Of a stretch of DNA of 32,000 bases, positions 1 through 14,829 are shown piece after piece (position 1 is the stretch's first letter; each line of letters starts with the position of its first letter). Source of the DNA: Candidatus Absconditicoccus praedator (GTDB taxonomy: Bacteria; Patescibacteriota; Gracilibacteria; Absconditabacterales; Absconditicoccaceae); NCBI RefSeq assembly GCF_021057185.1, contig NZ_CP054059.1:720001-752000 (forward strand), written 5' to 3'. Position numbers and translations under genes: made by a program. Below the pieces are notes generated by a model, which saw nothing but the letters and a program-made list of their open reading frames with translations, did no database searches and was not told the origin of the DNA.

Positions 1-129
1 ATATAGTATCTTTGTGATTTTGAATAAGTAATTACTGATTAAAAAAAATAATAATTGCTATATTTTGCGGAAATATAATGTTTACATTGTTGATATGAAA
101 TTTAGCCATATTCTGACTTATGGAATAAT

Positions 130-1077
130 TTATAATATATCTTTTATGATATATCTTTTTTCATATGAGTTATTATAATAATTTCTAATCATAATATCTA
201 TCATTATTCAGAAAATAAAAATAATTATTCACACCTGGACCAGAAAAATTCACAGAAAAAGCCATCAACTCCTATTCAATGACACATCCATTATGATTTT
301 TTGATAAAAAGCAACAAAGAAAAAAATGACTCATACTATAAAGTTTACAATTCATACAGTTCAAAAAAAATGCAGAGGTCTAGACTCATATTTTCAAATA
401 AACCATATATAGAAAAGATCAATAAATCATTTAATAGATTTTTTCCAGTTGTACTTACTAACTCAATTTTCCCTTACTCTATGATTTACACAAATTTCTC
501 AAACTTTGAAGCCATTTATCTTGGAAATAGCAACTATATATCTATGAATTTCAGCCCGCAAATTTAAGTTGTCAGTAACCTTTTTTCTATAAATTCTAAG
601 GGTGCAACCACTATCTTCTACACCATCTTTTATCAATAATTTTCTTAAAAACTTTGCAACAAAGGTTATAATTCTTACAGACAAGGGGTCTTTTCTTTGT
701 TTTCTATTTCATGCAACCAAATCCAAAGAATCTTTTTCTAGCTTATCATAAAGTCTTTTTATATCTTTGTGATCATTTTGTAAGTCTCAATCCATAGTCA
801 CCACTATGTCTCAATCAATATTTTTAAATCATGCATCCATAGCAATACTTTGTCAGTAATTCCTATTTAATCTTATTAATTTAATTTTATTGTTTTTTTG
901 TTTTATTTCAACTAACTCATTCCAGGTATTGTCTACACTTCAATCATCTACCATAACCAACTCATGCTCCCAATCAGAAAAATCTTTATCCAAAACTTTC
1001 TGAAGTTCTTCAAAAAGTGAGTTTATATTTCCAGACTCATTAAAAAAAGTTATTACAATAGAAATTTTTTTATTCAT
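130..1077 (-). CDS. GT2-family polyprenyl-phosphate glycosyltransferase (GtrB/ArnC/DPM1-like), 315 aa
   Basis: With TGA=Gly there is one frame from ATG 1077 to TAA 130-132. It carries GT-A motifs (ISIVITFFNE, VMVDDGSVDNT, DGDLQND), a central DSGCTLRIYRK and two C-terminal TM helices. Track ORF 499-684 is an in-frame fragment of it. Confidence 0.8.
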
Positions 1078-1112
1078 CAATCTCAAAAATAAATAAATTT
1101 ATTAATCAAAAA

Positions 1113-2489
1113 TTATCAAACACTTCCCTCCATTTCCATATCTATTAGTTTATTCAATTCTCAAGCATATTCCAATGGAAGCTTTTTTACTATAGGACTT
1201 ACAAATCAATTTACAACCATACCTGCTGCCTTATCTTCGGGAACTCATCTAGAAGTTAGATAAAAAAGTACTGTTTCATCTATTTTTCCAGAACTAGCTT
1301 CATGAGCAACAGTACTATCAGCATTTGATGCTTCTATTACAGGTATAGTATCTGATCAGGATTCTCAATCAACCAGTATTGTATCACATTCAGTTTGGTT
1401 TACTGCATTTTCTGCAGAAGGTAAGATTTTTACAATTCATCTATAATTAGCCTGTCCTCAATCTTTGCATACAGATTTACTTGTAATTTGAGAAGATGTA
1501 TTTTTTCATATATGCAAAACTTTTGAGCCTGTATCATGAGTTTGTCATTGACTTGCAAAAACTGCAGAAAGGTGTTCTGCTTTTGAGTTATCACCTTTTA
1601 GAATACTCATAGGGTAAAGCATAGTTTTTCAACTTCAAAGATTTCATCAAACCCATTCCATGAAAGAATTTTCTCATACTGTAGCTCTTTTGGTATTCAA
1701 GTTGTATGTATCAATAGACCAATTTTCTACAGATGAATATCTCATAGTAGAATTATTTCAAACATATATTTCTACACATCAAGCATGTAAAGCTCTTGAA
1801 TTAAACTTTGGTGCCGAACATCATTCTATATAATTACACTGAGCATTATCTTCCACGATAATTAAAGTATGCTCAAACTGTCATCATCACATTGTATTCA
1901 TTCTAAAATAAGCCTGTAAAGGCTCATCAAGCTTTACTCACTCTGGTACATAAATAAAAGTTCATCAACTCCAAACTGCTCAATGCAAAGCTGCAAATTT
2001 ATGATCAGTATTTGGTATTAAATTCATAAAATACTTTTTAACCAGCTCTTCATGATGATGTAATGCTTCATTCATATCTTCAAAAATTATTCATTTCTTT
2101 TCCCATTTTTCTTTCATCTTATGATACACCATACTACTATCATACTGACCTCAAGCTCCAGCTAAATACTGTCTTTCCGCCTCTGGTATTCAAAGTCTTT
2201 CAAATTTTTCTTTTATTTCTGGAGATACATCCTCCCAGTCTGTAGCATATTTTTCTAAAGCTTCAGGTTTTGCAAAAAACATTATTTCATCGAAATTTAG
2301 ATCGGATATATCCGGACCAAAATTTGGCATATGAATTTGCTGAAATTTTTTCAAGCTATCCAGTCTATGATTAAGCATCCATTCTGGTTCATTGTTTTCC
2401 AGAGAAATTCTTTTAACCACGTTTTCATCAAGTCATTTAAGCATCACCGCATACTTTATGTCCTCTGGTATATCTATATAATTTTGCAT
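1113..2489 (-). CDS. sufB: Fe-S cluster assembly protein SufB, 458 aa
   Basis: The N-terminus reads MQNYIDIPEDIKYAVMLKGLDENVVKRISLENNEPEWM...ERLGIPEAER and the C-terminus LPLEYAGELNKLIDMEMEGSVG. Track ORF 2190-2420 is an in-frame fragment that stops at a TGA sitting on a conserved Gly. Confidence 0.9.
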
Positions 2490-2508
2490 TTTTTATATAT
2501 AATAAAAA

Positions 2509-3228
2509 TTAAAATCAATCTTTTTTGACAGAATCAATTAAACTTTTATCTCACTTTTTTGATACTGTTCCATCTTTCATTATAATAACATTTTCTATAT
2601 CTATATATTCAAATATATCAAAATAATGTGAAACTATGATAAATGAGTTTTCTTTACTATCAATTGATCTAACCATATCTCAAAGCTGCCTCAAAGAATT
2701 TATATCAAGTCAACTATCTACTTCATCTAACATAATATATCTTGGCTCCAAAAGTTTTAATTGCAACATTTCTACTTTTCTTTTCTCTCAACCAGAAAAT
2801 CAAACATTAATATCTCTAAATAACATATCTTTATCTATTCAAAGTTCTTCTGATAATGGTAAAAGCATTTTCTTAAATTTCATAAAAGATAATTGATCTT
2901 TTTTTTCAAACCTACTATTATACATTAATTTTAAGAACTCAAATAATTTAACTCAAGGGATTTCTGGAATATTTTGAAATGCAAGAAAAATTCATTTTTG
3001 AGACCTTTCTTCTGGAGACATATCCAGTAAACTTTCTCAATCTACACTTATTTCTCAGTTCGTTATTTCAAAATGAGGATGTCACATTACACAAAAAGCT
3101 AAACTAGATTTTCAACTTCAATTTTTACCAAGCACAGCATAATTTTTTCATTTTTCAAAATCTATTGAAACATTTTTTAGTATATTATTTCATTCAACTT
3201 GAGCATTCAAATTTTTGATTTTAAGCAT
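2509..3228 (-). CDS. sufC: Fe-S cluster assembly ATPase SufC, 239 aa
   Basis: It has MLKIKNLNAQVEGNNILKNVS, Walker A GKNGSGKSSL, the ABC signature FSGGEKRK, Walker B IMLDEVDSGLD and an H-loop VSHY. It lies directly upstream of sufB. Confidence 0.9.
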
Positions 3229-3251
3229 TTTTCTATTTTAAGATTAAATAA

Positions 3252-3683
3252 TTACAATTTTGAGGCCTCAGATCTTGCTATCTTATCTACCAATTCATTG
3301 AGTGTATTATCACTATGTCACTTTACCCAATTAAACTTTATTTGTTTAAAATCATAAATTAATAAATCTAATTCTTCCCAAAGATCTCTATTTTTTACCT
3401 CTTTTTTGTTAGATAGCTTCCAACCATTATTTTTCCAAACCTTTAAATACTGTTTAACTCAATCATGAACATACTTACTATCCGTATAAATTTCAAGATC
3501 AATTTTTTTATTTTTTATTGCTTTTAATCACTCAATAACAGCTTTAAGCTCCATTCTATTATTGGTGGTATTTCTCTCAGCTCATTTTATAGTTTTACTA
3601 TTATCTTTGTAAAATAAAATTGCTGCATACCCACCATTTCCAGGGTTTCACAAACAACTTCAATCTGTATAAATTTTTATCAT
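3252..3683 (-). CDS. rnhA: Ribonuclease HI, 143 aa
   Basis: It reads [23 protein letters not shown]...TTNNRMELKAVIEGL...IYTDSKYV...WKNNGWK...WVKGHSDNTLNELVDKIA, which contains the DEDD catalytic residues typical of RNase H1. Confidence 0.88.
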
Positions 3684-3765
3684 TTTTTGACTTTAATATA
3701 TTTTTACTTATAATTTAAATTGCTACTTTATAGTATTAATTTACAAAAAAAAATCAATAATAAGT

Positions 3766-4632
3766 ATGCTTGAATTTTTTTTACTAATTCCTATTTGTTT
3801 TTTCATATTAAACCTATGGATATGGTTTTTTGAAAGTATTTTTAAAACAGACAATAATAAGTTAATTTTTTTTCTGATACTATTTTTATGAAGCATTAGT
3901 AGTTTTAGTATTGTTCTATATCCTCAAATTTTGGGAATTCTTGAGTTAAATCAATTTAATTTTACTAAAAGAGAAAATATTGATTCATTGAACATATATT
4001 TGTACTTTTGGTTGTACCTTGTAGTTATTATAACAACTATAAAATTAATTATATGAAAATGAAAACTAAGTATGTTTTTTTTAGTAAACACAACAATTTT
4101 TAGTATATTATATTTTTTATCGTCATTTCTTTGACTAAGTTTAAACTTGGAAAAAGTATTTTTATATTATATTTTTGTAGCTTTTTGAGAAGAACTAATG
4201 AAGTTCCTGTTATCAACAATAATATTTGAAAAAATGAAATTGATTAAAACAGACATTATAGCATTTAGTATTCTTAGCGGTATTTGATTCGCATTTTTTG
4301 AGAATATAGTTTATTTAATATCAAGTATTAAGTGAGAAGATTTTTTAGTAGCAATAACGGGATGAATAAGCTTATTAATAGCAAGATGATTAATATGATT
4401 TCTTATGCACATAATATTTACCTGAAGCATATGAACAATACAAAGCTTTTACAATAACAAAAAAAATATGTTAATATTTTTAAGTTTATGAGTATTCACA
4501 TGAGTATCTTTACATTATACATATGACATCCTCTTAAGTAAATGATTTTGATTTGTAATAATAATTTTTTTGATTTTATGATATTTTTACTCTACATTTT
4601 TATTTTATAAGTCAGATAGATTATATATATAA
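3766..4632 (+). CDS. Polytopic membrane protein, PrsW-family intramembrane protease-like, 288 aa
   Basis: Under table 25 it is a plus-strand frame with about 8 TM segments. The motifs GEELMKF, FAFFENIVY, RGLIGFLMHIIFTG and LHYTYD resemble the PrsW EExxK / FxENxxY / HxxxD pattern. Confidence 0.6.
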
Positions 4633-4904
4633 TTTTTTATAAACTTAGAACATATAGATATAGATATTTTTATATTACGTAGTATGAAGTATTTACTAGA
4701 ATTCAGGAAACATTAAAATTAATAATCAACAATATAAATGTATTACTCATTATTGTTATATATAGTTTTAAGTTTTCGAATTATTTTAGTATATTATTTT
4801 TTATTATTAAACACTTTATTATTTCAATTATATAAAAAAATCACACCTACTCACTATATTTTATAGTCTCTGAAATATAATTAAATCATAACATTTTTAC
4901 AAAC

Positions 4905-4936
4905 TAAAAAAACACCACTAGATGTGGTGCCTTTTT
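4905..4936 (-). terminator. Rho-independent terminator after the 16S gene (potentially bidirectional)
   Basis: The stem is caccac (4913-4918) / gtggtg (4924-4929) with loop tagat. It is flanked by an A-run upstream and a T-run downstream on both strands. Confidence 0.6.
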
Positions 4937-4953
4937 AATTATTCATTAGTAGT

Positions 4954-4973
4954 AATTAAAAGAGACAAAGCAG
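4954..4973 (-). repeat. 3' strand of the 16S processing stem (pairs with 6528-6547)
   Basis: aattaaaagagacaaagcag is the inverted complement of ctgctttgcctcttttaatt at 6528-6547. This gives 20 bp with one G-U pair, bracketing the 16S gene like an RNase III stem. Confidence 0.6.
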
Positions 4974-5006
4974 AAACAGTTTTGCCATCTTTATTATATA
5001 CCTCAA

Positions 5007-6524
<1,518 letters not shown>

Positions 6525-6527
6525 AAA

Positions 6528-6547
6528 CTGCTTTGCCTCTTTTAATT
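6528..6547 (-). repeat. 5' strand of the 16S processing stem
   Basis: It is the inverted repeat partner of 4954-4973 and lies inside the 66-nt 5S-16S spacer. Confidence 0.6.
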
Positions 6548-6555
6548 ACCACTAA

Positions 6556-6568
6556 TTTTAATGAACAC
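6556..6568 (-). promoter_or_regulatory. boxA-like motif GTGTTCATTAAAA in the 16S leader
   Basis: The minus strand reads gtGTTCATTAAaa. The same GTTCATTAA core recurs in the 23S leader (9770-9781). It partly resembles the boxA antitermination consensus TGCTCTTTAACAA. Confidence 0.35.
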
Positions 6569-6590
6569 TTAGACATACCATGCCTAATAT

Positions 6591-6709
6591 TGGTGGCATC
6601 AATTTACTTTCCCAGCCTCAGTGAGACCAGTATCATCAACCAACAAGATCTTAACTTCTGTGTTCGAAATGGGAACAGGTGTTTCCTCTTGCTGCATTGA
6701 TACCACCAG
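6591..6709 (-). rRNA. rrf: 5S ribosomal RNA (about 119 nt)
   Basis: The minus strand reads ctggtggtatcaatgcagcaagaggaaacacctgttcccatttcgaacacagaagttaag...gatgccaccaa. It has the conserved CCCAUxxCGAACxCAGAAGUUAAG block and a terminal helix (tggtggtatc / gatgccacca). Confidence 0.9.
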
Positions 6710-6790
6710 TATTAAACACAATGCTTTGTTTATAAGGATTTTTTCTTGTTTTTCAAGAAAAGATAGCTGATATTTTATATTTTTAAAAGA

Positions 6791-9745
<2,955 letters not shown>

Positions 9746-9769
9746 CCTTCTAAAAATATAAAATACCAA

Positions 9770-9781
9770 CTGTTAATGAAC
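9770..9781 (-). promoter_or_regulatory. boxA-like motif GTTCATTAACAG in the 23S leader
   Basis: The minus strand reads gaGTTCATTAACAg, located between the proximal promoter and the 23S processing stem. It shares its core with 6556-6568. Confidence 0.35.
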
Positions 9782-9802
9782 TCTCTTCAATGTGTAATAA
9801 CT

Positions 9803-9849
9803 AATATAATGATTTGTTTTTTGTTTTCAAGAGATTTTTAGACTTTTTT
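9803..9849 (-). promoter_or_regulatory. Proximal rRNA promoter (A-rich UP-like tract, -35 TTGAAA, 16-nt spacer, -10 TATATT)
   Basis: The minus strand reads AAAAAAGTCTAAAAATCTC-TTGAAA(9830-9825)-N16-TATATT(9808-9803). This is copy 1 of an exact 26-nt repeat (9824-9849). Confidence 0.55.
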
Positions 9850-9870
9850 ATTTTGTTCTCTTGTTTTAGA

Positions 9871-9898
9871 CAAAAATAAAAAGCAAATTTATTTTGCT
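9871..9898 (-). terminator. Weak terminator-like hairpin after murF
   Basis: The minus strand has agcaaa / tttgct (6 bp, 9882-9898) followed by a T-rich run (plus-strand A-run 9871-9881). The stem is AT-rich, so its strength is uncertain. Confidence 0.4.
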
Positions 9899-9929
9899 AG
9901 ATATTTTTTAATCTGTTAATGTAATATGT

Positions 9930-9976
9930 AATATAAAGATATAGTTTTATTTTTCAAGAGATTTTTAGACTTTTTT
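9930..9976 (-). promoter_or_regulatory. Distal copy of the rRNA promoter module, overlapping the murF stop codon
   Basis: This is exact 26-nt repeat copy 2 (9951-9976), with -35 TTGAAA (9957-9952), a 16-nt spacer and -10 TATATT (9935-9930). Confidence 0.45.
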
Positions 9977-11287
9977 CCAAAAAAATTCTTGTCTTGGCAG
10001 TTTTTGCCCATCCTCTTGGTTTTTTAATATTTTTTTTAATGCTTCTTCAAGAAAAATGCCGGTTTGACTTCACTTAAATAAAACCAAAAATTCTTCACTA
10101 TTTTTTTTCAAAAAGTTATTTAAATAATCTCATAAATCATAGGAATTTGCAAATAAAAATACATTTTGCATATCAAATCAAATCTTACTCAATTCATCAT
10201 AGGTAAAGCTTTTAGTATTTTCTCATAATAAGAATACATAATCTGCAAATCACAATATATAAGAAGCCATCAATCTGTGCTCCTGTTCTGAAAAATCTCC
10301 CAATTCTCTCATATCTCCAAAAACAAAAATTACAGAATGATTGGAATAAAATTTATCTTTTATATTAGCAGTATTGTTAATAACTTTTTTCGTACTTTCT
10401 GGTGAAGCATTATATGTAGAATCTATCAAAACAGATCAATTTATACCCTCAAATATTGAGAACCTACCTGGCTGTGAATAAACACTCAAACTTAAATCTC
10501 ACATTCATTCAACAACAGAATTATTATATCAAAAATTCCTATAGACTATATCTAATATTGCATATCACAATGTTATATATCATGCATTTTCTTTTCACAA
10601 AATATTAGTTGAAATATTTATATCCAAATTATTAATTTTTCATTTAAATTTTGAATTTATTTTACCATCTTCATAAACATAATCAAATTTTTCAAATCAA
10701 ATTTGAGCATTATCTTTACCTGTAGTTGTAAAATATATAATATCACAACCTACATTTAAGCTGTTTTTAGTGTATGAGTCATCATAATTCAAAAAAGAAA
10801 CATTTTTAGTGTTTTTTACAAGCTTAATTTTTTCTTCTGCAGTAACATCAGGACTTGAAAAATTTAAACAATGAACTTTATCTATTCAAGTAAATATTGA
10901 AATATCTGGCTTAACAACATCCAACAAAAAATCCATTTCACCTACCTCATCTATTCCATACTCTAAGAATAGCACATCATAACTTGGTTTTGAAAAGATA
11001 AAACTTCTTAAAACCCTTAATAAAATTTTAAGGAATCAAATTTTTGTAGGAACATAATCTGATATTTCAAAAATAGATAAACTTAATCAAAAACTTCAAT
11101 TATAGTTTTTTGGAGAAGTATAAATATTTATATCATTATCTGACAATATTTTTGAAATTATCATTCTACTTGTAGTTTTTCATATACTTCAAGTTACTCA
11201 TATCACAAAAACATCTTTTTTCTTTAAATGTATTTTTGCAAGTTTTCAAATAATATTAAAAAAACTTTTTTTTATCTTCTCTTTCAT
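9965..11287 (-). CDS. murF: Mur ligase family protein, UDP-MurNAc-tripeptide--D-Ala-D-Ala ligase (MurF)-like, 440 aa
   Basis: The P-loop is VIGVTGSIGKTTSR, with three Gly encoded by TGA. Further motifs are EYGIDEVGEM, LIDSTYNASPES and VFGDMRELG. The frame runs from ATG 11287 to TAA 9965-9967. Confidence 0.78.
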
Positions 11288-11314
11288 AAAGCAAGTAATT
11301 AATTCATATAAATA

Positions 11315-12190
11315 TTAAGTTAACTGTCTAATAACTTGATAAACTATTAGTAAAAACAAAAATATTAATATTACAACTAAGAATATAGCTTTTATTATAT
11401 TTTTTGCTTTGTTCCAAGCTTCTTCATCTCACCTGGATGTTATCAGCAATATTCAAGCATAAAAGATGGTAAGCAACAACAATCATCACAAAACATATCA
11501 TATAATTTGAGCAAAATCAATTAATAAACTAGCTGCTTCACTAACAAACTCATCTTGTTGTGCAATATAATAAACAAAATCTATCACCTTAATAAATATC
11601 AAAGCAATAATTACATTTAAAAATCATTTTTTTGCATTTGAAATTTTATCCTCACTATCGTATGCTTGAATAATTCTGTATCAGTAATAAAATATCATTA
11701 CTACTGCTGCAAAGAATGCTCAAGCTTTTAAAAATGCTAACACCTGAAACATCAAAGAGTCTTGAAATTCTGTAACCAAATCATCAGTTCACTGAACTGT
11801 TCATAAACTTAGAGCAGTTCAAAATATCCAAACTGAACCAAAAAACAAAAGTCATCAATAAAAAATATACAAAATATTCATTTTTGCTTTCTTAAGCTCT
11901 GATTCGTCATTTGCTTTCAATAAAAATTGAGCTCATGCCCACACTAAAAAAAATATAAATATTCACACTCATATAACTCTTAACACATTCCAAAGCTGTC
12001 ATCATCATTCATATGGTGAAAATAAGTTTCATATATTTTGCATCAAACTATTTTCTGCATCAACATTTAATTGATATGTTGTGTTTTCATATCAGTCTTC
12101 TGCTACTCCTTGAAAAGAAGGTGCTGCTAGAACAAATGATGATATCAAAAAAACTATCAAGGTAACAAACATAAATTTCAGTATTTTCAT
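11315..12190 (-). CDS. Secreted/membrane protein with three tandem VirB2/TrbC-like helical-hairpin modules, 291 aa
   Basis: A signal peptide (MKILKFMFVTLIVFLISSFVLAAP) is followed by three repeats of TM, short acidic loop, AK motif and TM: VWAGAQFLLKANDESELKKAKMNIL, IFYYGYRIIQAYDSEDKISNAKKGFL and IFYAGILLITSRGDEEAWNKAKNII. Confidence 0.6.
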
Positions 12191-12217
12191 TTTCCTTTTT
12201 TAGTTTTAAACTTTCAT

Positions 12218-12682
12218 TTAGGTAATATTAGCAAGAAGAGACATAACTAGTTGTATAATAACATAGAAACCAGTCATTATTAGAACTCAAACTCAAAGAT
12301 ACATAAGCCTTGTTTTTACCTTTTCCAAAACACTTTCATTCATTGAAGTTGTAACAAGCAATAATCAGTTGTATATAATAAGTATAACTGCTATACTAAG
12401 ACCAATAAATACAGCCCAATTTATATATGTTCAAATCTCCATCCTTACTCAGTCCAATGTTCATTCAACAGATCATCAGGGCTGTCTTTGAACATGATCA
12501 AGCTGGGTATCCTGAACACCCCTTCATTCTCTTACTTGATCTAAAACATCATTTGGAGAAGCATCTCTACTTCATCGTTTAACTGGTCACTGATCTCAAT
12601 CTCATCATTCCGCATACGAAAAAGATAACAAAGAAAAAGCTAACACAAAACAAAACAATATTAATTTATTCAACAAAAACAT
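12218..12682 (-). CDS. VirB2/TrbC-like pilin-type small membrane protein, 154 aa
   Basis: It has a signal peptide (MFLLNKLILFCFVLAFSLLSFSYA), a Gly/Asp-rich linker and one C-terminal TM-loop-TM hairpin (IIYNGLLLVTTSMNESVLEKVKTRLMYLGVGVLIM) matching the repeats of the neighbouring gene. Confidence 0.6.
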
Positions 12683-12744
12683 ATTTTTTTTTATTTATAA
12701 ATGCTTTAATAAAATATTACTAAAAAACTAAAAAAAATCAAGCA

Positions 12745-12790
12745 AAGAAAAAAAGCCTGTAGCATAAATAAATTACTACAGACTTTTTAT
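12745..12790 (-). terminator. Rho-independent terminator after dnaK
   Basis: The minus strand has gtctgtag / ctacaggc (8 bp, plus 12755-12783) followed by TTTTTTT (plus-strand A-run 12747-12754). It sits about 30 nt after the dnaK stop. Confidence 0.6.
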
Positions 12791-12814
12791 TACTAAATTT
12801 AAATATTTACATTT

Positions 12815-14728
<1,914 letters not shown>

Positions 14729-14772
14729 ATTTTCTAAACATTTAAGAAATAAATTTTTTTTAAGCTTCCAAT

Positions 14773-14799
14773 ATAGCACCTAAAATATATAGATGCTAT
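14773..14799 (-). promoter_or_regulatory. CIRCE-like inverted repeat (putative HrcA operator) in the dnaK promoter/leader
   Basis: The plus strand reads ATAGCACCT-N9-AGATGCTAT, compared with the CIRCE consensus TTAGCACTC-N9-GAGTGCTAA. It has the same 9-9-9 architecture, with the TAGCAC / (G/A)TGCTA cores conserved. It overlaps the -10 box. Confidence 0.45.
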
Positions 14800-14829
14800 T
14801 AAAAATTTCAAGAGATTTTTAAATTTTTT
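14784..14829 (-). promoter_or_regulatory. dnaK promoter (same module as the rRNA promoters)
   Basis: The minus strand reads AAAAAATTTAAAAATCTC-TTGAAA(14811-14806)-N16-TATATT(14789-14784). The upstream A-tract overlaps the stop codon of the preceding gene. Confidence 0.5.

Noticed and set aside
35-109. A 25-aa minus-strand ORF (MAKFHINNVNIIFPQNIAIIIFFNQ) after the GT2 gene at the window edge.
   Set aside because: It is too short, low-complexity, without recognisable motif or signals, and next to the window boundary, so it cannot be supported.
4633-4904. The 270-bp AT-rich non-coding stretch, the largest non-rRNA gap, as a possible replication origin, CRISPR leader/array or small RNA locus.
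   Set aside because: I found no DnaA-box-like TTATCCACA motifs, no direct repeats of CRISPR type, no strand switch of genes around it, and no convincing promoter-plus-terminator pair. It may simply be the convergent gap between the PrsW-like gene and the rRNA operon.
6735-6765. A TTGAAA hexamer between 23S and 5S as an internal promoter for 5S-16S.
   Set aside because: The hexamer is the loop-proximal part of a hairpin (ttttcttg-aaaaa-caagaaaa). It lacks the conserved AAAAATCTC upstream tract and has no TATATT at 16-17 nt. It is more likely a processing or spacer structure.
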